DNA of 64,000 nucleotides from an uncultured Candidatus Saccharibacteria bacterium (GTDB lineage: Bacteria > Patescibacteriota > Minisyncoccia > Phycocordibacterales > Zambryskibacteraceae). The stretch's first letter is position 1. The number at the start of each line of letters is the position of its first letter. Shown in pieces: positions 30,439 to 40,024 of this stretch. The DNA lies in contig CAYHLZ010000001.1 of NCBI GenBank assembly GCA_964357635.1, positions 198,674 through 262,673 of the forward strand, written 5' to 3'. A model generated the notes under the pieces. It was given only the letters and a program-made list of their open reading frames with translations, ran no database searches and had not been told where the DNA came from. The position numbers and the translations under genes are program-made.

Positions 30439-30954
30439 TCAGTGTCTCTGCCGAAGATGCTCATGCCACAGGCAGCGCTTGAGCTCTCGCGTGCCATTGA
30501 AGGTCATGTCGTGCTCAACTGGAACGCCGGTCAAGTAATTCATACTGACAGCGCGCGTGCCGCCAATGGAGAACCCAATGTGCATGTGTGGTTCATTGTC
30601 CTCGGGAAACTGTATTTCTTCCCAGATAAGCACGGCGCCTGGTAAAGGCGGACCCTGAAGATCTTTCCAGCCCGAGCGCTCGAGATCATTCACGGTACTC
30701 TCGACGGTTGGGTGACTGCATCCAATAAGTCGAAATTGAGAAAGGATGCTTGAGAAGTACCATGCGCAGGCATACATCCCGTTGTTGAGCACGTCTTCAC
30801 CGTTGGCAAGGTAGAGAGTCCGGAACTGTCGGCTATCAAGACTGTTCATGATAGCCGCCATAAGCGACCATTGAAGGTTTAGGGACTTGTGTTGACCTTT
30901 TGAGACAAGGAACATGGTGAGTGCCTTGCGAAAGGCGTAGTAAATGTGCCGCAC
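30439..30954 (-). CDS. Hypothetical protein, NlpC/P60- or CHAP-like (paralog of 29889..30356)
   Basis: ACAWYFS, P.PGAVLIW, HIGF; AAGGAGG 6 nt before GTG. Confidence 0.65.
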   Translation of the reverse strand: MRHIYYAFRKALTMFLVSKGQHKSLNLQWSLMAAIMNSLDSRQFRTLYLANGEDVLNNGMYACAWYFSSILSQFRLIGCSHPTVESTVNDLERSGWKDLQGPPLPGAVLIWEEIQFPEDNEPHMHIGFSIGGTRAVSMNYLTGVPVEHDMTFNGTRELKRCLWHEHLRQRH

Positions 30955-31045
30955 AAGGCACCTCCTTGAGTTATGAAGTCTATAAGCTAATCACCCGACT
31001 AGCTTTCCAACCACAATTGTATCACCTTTATAAAGAAAAGTCAAC

Positions 31046-31387
31046 CTAAAACGTGAAATACTTGGCGAGACCCCCGACTAGTGGCAACTCTTTCTCATTC
31101 TTCTGGACAACGTGCACTATGCCCATAACAGAGAGAACGAAAGTGGCGAGGTTAATAACGTTGACAACCATGTAGAAGGAATACATCACAGAGCCGAAAA
31201 TCCATGCTACGAGAGACAGGCAGAAGACTACCAAACCTTGCTTGATATGAAATTTTACAAAAGAATCGTCTTTGCTCATGAGAAACGGTACGATAACAAG
31301 CGGTCCGAGATAAGAGAGGATACCCATCAAGGTTTTATTTGAACTTCCGCTTGGTTGGGCATTACTTTGATTGTTTTGTGGTGGCAT
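31046..31387 (-). CDS. DUF4870-like small membrane protein
   Basis: LSYLG, FVKFH.KQG, LPLVG. Confidence 0.8.
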   Translation of the reverse strand: MPPQNNQSNAQPSGSSNKTLMGILSYLGPLVIVPFLMSKDDSFVKFHIKQGLVVFCLSLVAWIFGSVMYSFYMVVNVINLATFVLSVMGIVHVVQKNEKELPLVGGLAKYFTF

Positions 31388-31470
31388 AATTTTGGTTTAT
31401 TTTTATTCCTTATACGGCCTTTATAATACCACATGATTATATTGTTCAAAATGTGGTAGTATATATGTAT

Positions 31471-32061
31471 ATGAAAACAAAAGAGATCTATATTACAGTC
31501 GCCATTGTCGTTATTATTTTGGGAATTGTGCTTTGGACCAAAGAAACTGGGCGAGTTGAGAACGAGACCCTCAACACCTCAACAAGTACCCCGACAAACA
31601 CACAAGGAGGAAGTGGTCCCAGTGGTGCGGGTGGTATGCAGAAACCAACCACTTCTGTGGGCAACCAAAATGTTACCAAGTCCTCACAGGCACCAACCCA
31701 AGAGTCGGTACCGAGTATTCCTTCACTGTCCAGTCTTAATGGTTCAACGTTCCGACTGGTCTCATATAACGGTGTACCCGTTTCTTCATATTCGAAATAC
31801 ACTATATCGTTTGAAGAAACCTCTTTAAGTGCGAAATTCTGTAATAGTTTGAGTGGTAGCTTTGTTTTGGACAGAAGTTTGATCAGGGCGGGTAATTTAG
31901 TCGGTACCAAAATATCTTGCGCCTTACCGCCGAATATTATGGAAATTGAAACTGCCTTCGTCTCAATGCTTAATTTCGGGGCAACGATTTATCAAAGCGG
32001 TAACAAGATTATTTTGAGTTACTCTCCCAATAACACAGTAATGGTCTTTACTGGTTTTTAA
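31471..32061 (+). CDS. META-domain membrane-anchored protein
   Basis: N-terminal TM, low-complexity linker, 'FCNSLSGSF', 'TKISC..E..F'. Confidence 0.75.
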   Translation: MKTKEIYITVAIVVIILGIVLWTKETGRVENETLNTSTSTPTNTQGGSGPSGAGGMQKPTTSVGNQNVTKSSQAPTQESVPSIPSLSSLNGSTFRLVSYNGVPVSSYSKYTISFEETSLSAKFCNSLSGSFVLDRSLIRAGNLVGTKISCALPPNIMEIETAFVSMLNFGATIYQSGNKIILSYSPNNTVMVFTGF

Positions 32062-32069
32062 TCGACAGA

Positions 32070-32320
32070 TTAATCCTTTTTGTCTGGTAAGCCCCACATC
32101 CAACGGGGTTTCTCCCTTGTCTCCCGGCAGATAAATATTAAAATAATAAGGAGAACCGCTGTCTCCGGAATGAAGTTTATAAGAGTATCACTGACAGAAT
32201 GTGATTTTGAATCTATCCGAAAAGCATTCAGCGTAATGAGGGCGATAAATACCGCAAGTGTCAGCCATCCCTGCCAGCGAAAAAGAAAATAATAGCCAAA
32301 GGTATAAAACGACCTTTCAT
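32070..32320 (-). pseudogene. Probable frameshifted small membrane protein gene
   Basis: Frame reading RWQGWLTL...ICRETREKPRWMWGLPDKKD* has no start codon; the only ATG (32320) is out of frame. Confidence 0.5.
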
Positions 32321-32346
32321 GCTCGCACTCTATAACAAGTTAGCTC

Positions 32347-33255
32347 TTACTTAAAGACAACTGAGCCCGAGTCAAACTTAAGTTCCAAGATAAGTTCACC
32401 CTTGGAGGTGAAGTGGTAGTTAGACACATTTGAGAGAAGCTCCGTAAATTCGGATTCTTGAGAGCCCTCACAGTACATCAGAGTAGACATCATGTTGCCG
32501 AAAGTAAGTTTGTCTCCCGAGGCGTTGTAACTCCCGCCGACACCGTTACAGTCTGTCGTTGCAGAGAAATTTCCTTTGCTATCAAACGAGAGAGTAAAAA
32601 TATCTGTCTTCTTCGGCCTCACTTCCCTACCGTCGTTATAGAGTGCGGACTGCCAAACCCACTTTTTCATTCCGAGAGTCATCCTAGAAGGGTCCGCTTC
32701 GCCTTCAAAGTCTGGTTCTACTACCCCCCACTGCATACTTTCTGTGTCTAGCTTCAGATAAGCACTTTTACCCTCGGAAGGCTGTGTCGTCATCGGCTCG
32801 CCAGCCTTGCGGCCGGCATAATTTATAACCACCACATTTTTATGTTGCGGATTCCTGCTTAATTCGGTTGTCTGGGGAGCAATCCTGTCGCCCAAGAGGT
32901 ATCCGTCTGAACCCAAGTATCCTTGTTCGGTATTAAGAGCTGAAACTGCGTAGAAGAAAGTTCCGCTACCGCCAGTCTCTTGTGTGAGTAGGAAAACGAC
33001 ATCATCACGACCGTCATTATTTAAGTCGGTTACGAGTTCGTTGCCGAAATACCGAGTAATTATTTTTGATGCAGAACCGGGGGCAGTTTCTTGTTCTGCG
33101 ATACCGCCATTAAGTTTTACCCTAGCACCGTCAATCATGTATTCTGCATTCTTGTGGTCTGTGGCCAATGTGACTTGTCTATCTTTGTTGAATAGAAAAA
33201 TTCCGCCGATAAGTAAGAGCGCCAAAACAACAATTACAATAAATTTCCTTTGCAT
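32347..33255 (-). CDS. META-domain membrane-anchored protein
   Basis: 'DLNNDGRDD', 'GGSGTFFY', 'TDCNGVGGSY', 'STLMYCEGS'. Confidence 0.82.
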   Translation of the reverse strand: MQRKFIVIVVLALLLIGGIFLFNKDRQVTLATDHKNAEYMIDGARVKLNGGIAEQETAPGSASKIITRYFGNELVTDLNNDGRDDVVFLLTQETGGSGTFFYAVSALNTEQGYLGSDGYLLGDRIAPQTTELSRNPQHKNVVVINYAGRKAGEPMTTQPSEGKSAYLKLDTESMQWGVVEPDFEGEADPSRMTLGMKKWVWQSALYNDGREVRPKKTDIFTLSFDSKGNFSATTDCNGVGGSYNASGDKLTFGNMMSTLMYCEGSQESEFTELLSNVSNYHFTSKGELILELKFDSGSVVFK

Positions 33256-33269
33256 ATCTTTATTCTATA

Positions 33270-33824
33270 CTAGACAATTAATTTCAAACATTCAGACAAA
33301 ATCGCTGGCTCGCTTTCTCCTGTGATGTGCTCGGCCTTGTGCAGTACAACGATTTTTGTGCCAAATTCGGCAAACTTTCTTTTGTTTTCTTCAAACGAAC
33401 CGTGCGGGTCGTCGTCAGATATAATCAAAACCGACTTCGGCGAAACTACTTTCACTTTTTCCAAGTTTATTGGTCTCTCAACCCATGGCTTCGCTATCTT
33501 TTCTTCTTCTTCGGTTTCTACATCCAAATCAAACCACCCAGCAACGTGTATTGTTCCTCCAACAGGTTTTTCTAGTGTCTCAAGATATCTCAATACCGCC
33601 TGACAGCCAATACTGTGTCCGACAAAATAAGTGTTCTCGTCAGGGGTACCGACAATGTCTCGGAGATACTTAACCCACTTTTCAATCACCGGGTTTTCGG
33701 TGTCGGGCATGTCGAGCACAAGGACTTCGTGTCCTAATTGCTCAAGCTCATTCTTAAGCCAAGGGAGCCAATTATCTTTTGCGCTACCGCCCCAGCCGTG
33801 GACGATGATTACTCGTTTTTTCAT
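33270..33824 (-). CDS. RBBP9/YdeN family alpha/beta hydrolase
   Basis: IVHGWGG, W.PWL, GHSIG, SDDD. Confidence 0.9.
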   Translation of the reverse strand: MKKRVIIVHGWGGSAKDNWLPWLKNELEQLGHEVLVLDMPDTENPVIEKWVKYLRDIVGTPDENTYFVGHSIGCQAVLRYLETLEKPVGGTIHVAGWFDLDVETEEEEKIAKPWVERPINLEKVKVVSPKSVLIISDDDPHGSFEENKRKFAEFGTKIVVLHKAEHITGESEPAILSECLKLIV

Positions 33825-33895
33825 CCTTAACACTTATTTTACACCAAAAAGAAAAGTCCGACCCAGGGGGTCAGACTTTCGAAGGTTCTCGGTGT

Positions 33896-34117
33896 TTATG
33901 TGTTGGACACCACCAGTATTAATTGTGGGTTCAGATTTTTCGGACAGTGGGCGAAGGGATTAACCCAGTTCGGTCCACCCGACTTGTCGTCGAGCATCCA
34001 ACAACCGCAATCAAACTTGCAGTAACAGGTCAGCTCGTCGTAGTCATGCCCACCTCTTTTCGGAGAAAGAGGCTTTCGCAGAAGCAACGGAAAATCGAGC
34101 ATGTCTTTGGCTCCCAT
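33896..34117 (-). CDS. Small Cys-rich hypothetical protein
   Basis: CYCKFDCGC...GGP..VNPF.HCP; own promoter and downstream hairpin. Confidence 0.55.
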   Translation of the reverse strand: MGAKDMLDFPLLLRKPLSPKRGGHDYDELTCYCKFDCGCWMLDDKSGGPNWVNPFAHCPKNLNPQLILVVSNT

Positions 34118-34205
34118 TATTAAGATCGAATCCTCGAGCTATCTTAGTCGAAAAATGGAAGAAAGCAACTAGTTTAGGAAAAACCGCTCGATGAGAATCA
34201 AATTC

Positions 34206-34475
34206 TCATCGAGCGGCTAGCCAAACTTCTCTTTCGTCTCGTCTCTGTCTTATCCTGTGTATCATTCTCATGTCGAGGCCGAGCAGTTTGTAATCCTTCT
34301 TGGCGGCCTCGTAGGTCATCCGTTTCGAGAACCAGGCTCGGTCCATCGCGCCAAGCAATAGGATTTGTGTGGCGTATACACTTCTTCTTTTTAGAAAGAT
34401 TTTGACAAATATCGGGCCGTTTTCACCCAGATACTTTCTGCCGAGCGAAACAAAGGTCTCCTTCGCGACAGGCAT
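34206..34475 (-). CDS. Small basic hypothetical protein
   Basis: AAGGAGG 5 nt before ATG; own promoter. Confidence 0.6.
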   Translation of the reverse strand: MPVAKETFVSLGRKYLGENGPIFVKIFLKRRSVYATQILLLGAMDRAWFSKRMTYEAAKKDYKLLGLDMRMIHRIRQRRDEREVWLAAR

Positions 34476-34549
34476 GGTTACCTCCTTTGTCTTTTGGCTA
34501 TATTAGTCAAAAACTCAAAAGAAGCAACCAAACAACCTTCATTTGAAAC

Positions 34550-34981
34550 CTACCAATTTTTACAACATTCAATAAGTTTTCTGCCTATCTCCTTCAGACG
34601 GTCATTTTTGTAAAAAAGATAAACGGTAAAAAATACAATCCACACCAAAATAATAATTCCCAAATCTCTTAACCATTCGCCGTTGACCAAAAGGACGAGA
34701 GAAATCGCCCAAAAAAGTGAAATAACAAATGGGAACTTGAAAATCTGCACCATGTCACTCTTACCGGAAAAGAAGTAGTACATTAAACCAACCGCGCTTC
34801 CACCTAAAAGAATGGCTAAAACAAGAGAATCTACTTCGGCGCCCGTAAAACGAAGAATTAGGAGCGTAAGCCAAGTAAGAGTAACGGAGGCGCAGAGAGC
34901 GCAAAAATCTTTCCTTGTTATTGTTCTGGCAATGAGTGAAAGAACGAAAAAACCCACCATTAAGATTAGAGCAAGCGTCAT
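34550..34981 (-). CDS. Membrane protein with CxxC and C-terminal CC (copper cluster)
   Basis: FCALC, about 4-5 TM, ECCKNW; translationally coupled to the upstream gene. Confidence 0.78.
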   Translation of the reverse strand: MTLALILMVGFFVLSLIARTITRKDFCALCASVTLTWLTLLILRFTGAEVDSLVLAILLGGSAVGLMYYFFSGKSDMVQIFKFPFVISLFWAISLVLLVNGEWLRDLGIIILVWIVFFTVYLFYKNDRLKEIGRKLIECCKNW

Positions 34982-35496
34982 GACAAGAGTTCAACCACGA
35001 CTGACGCAACGACAAGAAGGAGGATGGCAATGGAAAGTCCTTGATACGGAAGAGTTTGTTTCCTTGTTCTGGTGATAAATTTGCTTATCGGATGAGCAAG
35101 AAACATGAGCACTGACCCTAAAAGCGTTCCTGCCAAAAACAGATTAACGGTATAGGTGTTGTGGAACAGTGTGCCGTACTCGCCTAAAATTTTTACATAA
35201 AGAGGTCCGTAGTCTCTGATGAGTGGCATTATGGGAATAATCGTTCCGAGAAATATCACTAGCCAGATTATTTGTGGCTGGTAAGGTAGGTACTCTTTCT
35301 TGGGAAGTTTGGAGAGCCAAGACGAGAGCGCCACCGCGAACCCTCCAATGAGAACTCCAACAACGACAGAAGAAATTCCGAGTGAAGTAGCCAGTATCGC
35401 CAGAGCCCCCGCCCCAACAGTACAGAGAGGACAATGTGCCAGTGCAAGCTTCGGGAAAAGGATTGCGACAGGTATCGTTAAGAGAGTTTTTTTCAT
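34978..35496 (-). CDS. Membrane protein with HCPLC motif (copper cluster)
   Basis: Signal-like N-terminus then AHCPLC; several TM segments. Confidence 0.78.
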   Translation of the reverse strand: MKKTLLTIPVAILFPKLALAHCPLCTVGAGALAILATSLGISSVVVGVLIGGFAVALSSWLSKLPKKEYLPYQPQIIWLVIFLGTIIPIMPLIRDYGPLYVKILGEYGTLFHNTYTVNLFLAGTLLGSVLMFLAHPISKFITRTRKQTLPYQGLSIAILLLVVASVVVELLS

Positions 35497-35499
35497 CGA

Positions 35500-36000
35500 C
35501 TACAGTATAACCTCGGCCCTGATCTCAAGTTGGAGCGCTCCGCCATTCTCGTCCACAAGGTAAACATATCTTTCAATTACACCCACACCCGCCGGACCGT
35601 GTGCCGCAGGGTCAAAGACCACCTCAATAACTCTTTCTTCACCCACCTTCAGAATCTCATTTGCTTTTGGCACGCTGTTACCGTGTCCCGGCATGCCGAA
35701 AGGACCTCTTTTATTCTCACCGTTTATTATGTAGGCATTGGTACACATACAGGAAGTAACGACGCTGTCTACTCTGACATCTTGGTTACTCGTATTGGAA
35801 ACGGTGAAAGTCTTTTTTACCACACCGTCTTTCATGGCTATGGTACCGAAGTCGTATCTGGTTTCAGTTGCGCTTAATAGATTGTCAGAATTTACTTGAG
35901 CATCCGATGGTAAAACGGCGGTTTGATCGCCCTTGCCGAAGGAGAAAAGTCCGACAAAGAGCAGGGCTACAGCTGCTAGTGTTATAAGTGTCGTTTTCAT
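35500..36000 (-). CDS. DUF1573 Ig-like domain protein
   Basis: YDFGTI, F.VSN, TSCMCT, GMPGHG, FDPAAHGP. Confidence 0.8.
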   Translation of the reverse strand: MKTTLITLAAVALLFVGLFSFGKGDQTAVLPSDAQVNSDNLLSATETRYDFGTIAMKDGVVKKTFTVSNTSNQDVRVDSVVTSCMCTNAYIINGENKRGPFGMPGHGNSVPKANEILKVGEERVIEVVFDPAAHGPAGVGVIERYVYLVDENGGALQLEIRAEVIL

Positions 36001-36001
36001 A

Positions 36002-36598
36002 TTACTTTGACCAAGCATCGTACCAACCTCTCATCATCTGAATCTCACTTGACTGAGACGTGATGATGTTATCCGCAAGAGTTTTCATCTCCTCTCTGTC
36101 TGTACTTACTGCAAGCATCCTTGCCATCATAATCGCCATCTCGTGGTGTGGAATCATTTGAGATATGAACTCAAGGTCAAAATCTTCGGCCGCCCTAAGT
36201 TGACCCAAGTCTCCTTCCATACCCATCATACTCATACCCATACTGCCGTGACCCATCATCCCGCCCATGCCTGAAGAGTAGCTTGGTGTCCCGCCAAACC
36301 AATCCGCATACCACCCGCGCATATCTTTATTTTCTCTTTCCTGTGCCTCAATGATTCCCTGAGCGAGAGAAAGAATTTCTTGGCGCTTGGATCGCTCAAG
36401 TGCAAGTTTCGCCATGCTGATAGCTCCCTCGTGATGTGGAATCATTTCCTCTATGAAGTGCCTGTCAATATTTTGGCCCGTTATAATACTCGCCTGTCTC
36501 GTACCCATCATGGGGTAGGTGTTAAACCATGGTGCGATAAGAATACCTAAAATAACGCCCACAATTCCCGCTCCTAAATATTTTATGCTGTTGTCCAT
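36002..36598 (-). CDS. DUF305 (CopM-like) metal-binding protein
   Basis: Two 'F...MIPHHE.A..MA' repeats with a Met-rich linker. Confidence 0.9.
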   Translation of the reverse strand: MDNSIKYLGAGIVGVILGILIAPWFNTYPMMGTRQASIITGQNIDRHFIEEMIPHHEGAISMAKLALERSKRQEILSLAQGIIEAQERENKDMRGWYADWFGGTPSYSSGMGGMMGHGSMGMSMMGMEGDLGQLRAAEDFDLEFISQMIPHHEMAIMMARMLAVSTDREEMKTLADNIITSQSSEIQMMRGWYDAWSK

Positions 36599-36599
36599 A

Positions 36600-36872
36600 T
36601 TATTTTTTCTTTTGGGAAACGTTATAAATTTTTAAAATTTCTCTGACCGCTTTGTCACCCTTGCCGTGCTTCATCTGGTGAGCCACGTGAGTCTCCAAGT
36701 GGTTCTGGAGCATCAGCGCCTCAAAGGCTCCCACGGCGCTTTTAATTGCTTGCGCTTGGGTGATGATGTCAACACAGTACTTCTCTTCCTCAACCATTCT
36801 TTTAACACCCCTCACTTGTCCCTCAACGCGGTTCAATCGGCTTTTTAATTTGTTTTTCATATCTGGTTTCAT
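36600..36872 (-). CDS. csoR: CsoR family metal-sensing repressor
   Basis: RLNRVEGQVRGV, YCVDI, HLETH. Confidence 0.92.
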   Translation of the reverse strand: MKPDMKNKLKSRLNRVEGQVRGVKRMVEEEKYCVDIITQAQAIKSAVGAFEALMLQNHLETHVAHQMKHGKGDKAVREILKIYNVSQKKK

Positions 36873-36880
36873 ACTTAAAT

Positions 36881-36909
36881 AGTATATACCCCCATCGGGT
36901 ATATTGCAA
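36881..36909 (-). promoter_or_regulatory. csoR promoter with CsoR operator in the spacer
   Basis: Minus strand TTGCAA-17-TATACT; pseudo-palindrome ATATACC-C/G tract-GGTATAT at 36884-36904. Confidence 0.85.
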
Positions 36910-36948
36910 GCAGTCTATAAAGACCTCTGTGTATTACTTTATAATTTC

Positions 36949-39075
36949 TCATGCTTTAACTAAGTCCCTCTCAACACGCTTCAGAAGCACCGCATTTGTA
37001 GCCACAATTATCGAAGAAATACTCATGAGAAGTGCCGCGAATTCCGGGCGGAGCATAATACCGAAGCTTGGATACAAGATTCCACCAGCTACTGGTATAG
37101 CTAGAATATTGTAGATTGAAGCCCAGAAAAGGTTTTGCTTCATCTTCCAAACTGTCGCCTTGCTTAAGGTTATTGCTCGAAGAATGTCTAACGGATCAGA
37201 TTTCATAAGGACAACCTTTGCTGTCTCAATCGCCACATCAGTACCTGCGCCAATTGCTATGCCAACATCGGCTTGAGCAAGCGCAGGAGCATCGTTGACA
37301 CCGTCACCGACCATGGCGGTAAATTTTCCTTCCTGCTGAAGTTTTTTGACGTAGTTGGCTTTATCCTCTGGCATCACTTCGGCAAACACTCTATCTATAC
37401 CGATCTGTTTCGCCACCCTTTCTGCCGTCGTCTTGTTGTCTCCGGTAATCATTACGGTTTCAATCCCAAGGTTCTTTAACTTTCTTACTGCTTCACTCGC
37501 ATTTTGCTTTATCGGATCGGCGGCTCCGATAACCGCTTTTACAGAACCGTCAATAGCCAATACCATGATGGTTTCTCCTCGGTCTAGGAACTCATTAATT
37601 TTTTGTTCCAACCCGCCAAGAACAATTTTATTGTCGCGCATGAGCTTCACTGTCCCGACAAGTATATTTTTATCGAGAACTGTCGCTTTTACTCCAAGTC
37701 CGGAAAGGTTCTCGAACCTTTCAACATTTTGAGGCAGTTCCAACTTTCGAGATTTAAGCTCATCAAGCACAGCTTGAGCTAAAGGATGAGATGATTTCGC
37801 TTCTGCTGCACCGACCAGTCGAAGCGCCTCTTCCTCACTAAAACCTTCCACAGTCGCTATATCCGTCACTTTGGGTTTTCCTAGAGTCAAGGTGCCTGTT
37901 TTGTCTAAGACGATTGCTTGAATTTTTGATACTTGTTCAAGGGTCGGAGCGTCCTTGATAAGAATATTGTGCTTTGCCCCCAAGCCGGTCCCAACTGCAA
38001 CGGCCGTTGGCGTAGCAAGTCCAAGAGCATCAGGACAAGCGATGACAACAGTAGCGATAGCAAAAGAGAGCGCGAGCATTATGGAGGACCCTACTACAAA
38101 AAACCAAATGCCAAAGACCAAAAGACCCGACCCTACCGCCGCAATAACGAGATACTTGGCAAACCTGTCAGCAATTTTTTGTCCTGGTGCCTTTGAGTTC
38201 TGCGCCTCTTCAACCATGCGGACAATTTGGGCGAGGGCGGTATCTTTGCCAATTTTTGTCGCCTTAAACCTTACCGAGCCGGCGGTGTTTATAGAGCCAC
38301 CAATTACCTGATCTCCATACTTTTTAGCGACTGGAAGCGACTCTCCGGTAACTAAAGACTCGTCAATGGCTGTTTCGCCGAGAATGATTTCACCGTCAAC
38401 CGGAACTTTGTCGCCCGGCTTAAGGATGACTATATCGCCAAGTTCTATCTCGGAAGTAGAAACGAGTGTTTCTATGCCATTCTTCAAGATTCTTGCTTGG
38501 GGTGGTACGAGATTAAAAAGTGCCTGCAAGGCGTCTGTTGTTCCGCGCCGAGATTTCATCTCCATCCAGTGACCGAACAGCACGAAAGTAATAAGCATCG
38601 CGGCCGCTTCATAGTATGAATCTGCGCCACCAGTCAAAGTCAAAAGAACGCTGAAACCGTATGCTGCCGTAATACCAACCGCAATAAGGACAGCCATGTT
38701 GAGGGTTTTATTTTTCAGGGCGAAGTAGGTTGAATATAGGAATATCCACCCGGAGTAGAAAAATACCGGCGTTGAGAGGATAAAGAGAAGCCACGGGAGC
38801 GGTATCGGAGACGGGAGATTAAGCTTCAAAAACTCTGTGCCTAAAGGTGAATACAGGATGATTGGAATTGTTAATATAAGCGAGAAGAAAAACTTATTCC
38901 GAATATCTATTTCCATGAGACGCGCCATCTCCCGACCAGCAAGACCGGTGTGATCCATACCCATCGTCATCGACATGCTCATTTTGAACTTCTTCCAAAA
39001 ATTCATTTTAGATACATTGCCCATCACATGTCCCGAGTGAACATGGTGTTTTTCGTTATGGTGATTGTGGTTCAT
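36949..39075 (-). CDS. copA: Copper-translocating P1B-type ATPase
   Basis: His/Met-rich N-terminus, TGES, CPDALGLATP, DKTGT, SSHP, GDGVNDAP, YN, MxxSS. Confidence 0.93.
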   Translation of the reverse strand: MNHNHHNEKHHVHSGHVMGNVSKMNFWKKFKMSMSMTMGMDHTGLAGREMARLMEIDIRNKFFFSLILTIPIILYSPLGTEFLKLNLPSPIPLPWLLFILSTPVFFYSGWIFLYSTYFALKNKTLNMAVLIAVGITAAYGFSVLLTLTGGADSYYEAAAMLITFVLFGHWMEMKSRRGTTDALQALFNLVPPQARILKNGIETLVSTSEIELGDIVILKPGDKVPVDGEIILGETAIDESLVTGESLPVAKKYGDQVIGGSINTAGSVRFKATKIGKDTALAQIVRMVEEAQNSKAPGQKIADRFAKYLVIAAVGSGLLVFGIWFFVVGSSIMLALSFAIATVVIACPDALGLATPTAVAVGTGLGAKHNILIKDAPTLEQVSKIQAIVLDKTGTLTLGKPKVTDIATVEGFSEEEALRLVGAAEAKSSHPLAQAVLDELKSRKLELPQNVERFENLSGLGVKATVLDKNILVGTVKLMRDNKIVLGGLEQKINEFLDRGETIMVLAIDGSVKAVIGAADPIKQNASEAVRKLKNLGIETVMITGDNKTTAERVAKQIGIDRVFAEVMPEDKANYVKKLQQEGKFTAMVGDGVNDAPALAQADVGIAIGAGTDVAIETAKVVLMKSDPLDILRAITLSKATVWKMKQNLFWASIYNILAIPVAGGILYPSFGIMLRPEFAALLMSISSIIVATNAVLLKRVERDLVKA

Positions 39076-39083
39076 GTATTTTT

Positions 39084-39542
39084 TTACTCCAAGTTCCATT
39101 TAAACAAACGCTCGGAGACTCCGCCAATGTTCTTGATTTTTAATTCAAGATAGGATGGCAGAGGATTTGTCGATTTAAATATCAAAACTCCTTCGCGATG
39201 ATGACCTCCTGGCTCTGACCCTTCCCATTTAACAGCCTTATATTCTTTGCCGTTGCCATCAACCAGTACGGCAATTTTTGCCATATCCTGATCCAGTTCA
39301 ACTGAATGTGTATCTAAAACAATATCAAATTTCCATTCTTTTGAATCAACAGATAAAACATATGGGGTAACTGTGACCACTACGTTTGCTTGATTATCGG
39401 TTCTTGATTCCCATTTTTGCTCTGTATCAGAAACCGAAGAATCACTTTGAGCCGGACTGGCGGCTGGCTTGGGATTATAGAAAAATAGCAATCCGACTAT
39501 AAACGCAAGCGCTAAAATGAATATTGATACGGTTTTATACAT
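39084..39542 (-). CDS. Hypothetical membrane-anchored protein (copper cluster)
   Basis: N-terminal TM; 'DTHSVEL', 'GGHHREG'. Confidence 0.78.
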   Translation of the reverse strand: MYKTVSIFILALAFIVGLLFFYNPKPAASPAQSDSSVSDTEQKWESRTDNQANVVVTVTPYVLSVDSKEWKFDIVLDTHSVELDQDMAKIAVLVDGNGKEYKAVKWEGSEPGGHHREGVLIFKSTNPLPSYLELKIKNIGGVSERLFKWNLE

Positions 39543-39981
39543 GATATCTTTTAAATTTAATAACTTTACTACCTATAAAAATAATGCCGAATAAGTTAAA
39601 GGCAATACCAATCCAGAAAATTTCAATCTGGTACTGGGCAATGATAACAAGAGCTCCAGCAATACCTAATATAGGCACAATATTGGCAAGATAGTGGGCA
39701 CAGCAAGAGACCATCGAGAGAGTAGAAGTTGTGCCTGTCACCGCTACTGTCTTATCTTTCATGATCATGTTACCCGTCTTCACCAAATACTTCAGGTATG
39801 AGTACAGCCCAATCTGAATGCCGAAGCCGACTGACAAACTCACAATAAAATACCAAAAATTGGAAAACTGGTTTTGAGCGAAGTCCCAACCGGAGACTAG
39901 CGTAAGAACGGTAAAATAGACACCAAGTAAAAGTCCGCTTGCCAGCACTCCGTACACAATTGCTTTGACTGAATTTCCCAT
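39535..39981 (-). CDS. Membrane protein with SCCAH motif (copper cluster)
   Basis: About 4 TM, 'MVSCCAHY'; start reset to MGNSVK. Confidence 0.78.
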   Translation of the reverse strand: MGNSVKAIVYGVLASGLLLGVYFTVLTLVSGWDFAQNQFSNFWYFIVSLSVGFGIQIGLYSYLKYLVKTGNMIMKDKTVAVTGTTSTLSMVSCCAHYLANIVPILGIAGALVIIAQYQIEIFWIGIAFNLFGIIFIGSKVIKFKRYHV

Positions 39982-40024
39982 AATTATTTTTGGGTATCTC
40001 TCACTATCTCTCTCCCCGAGTTTC

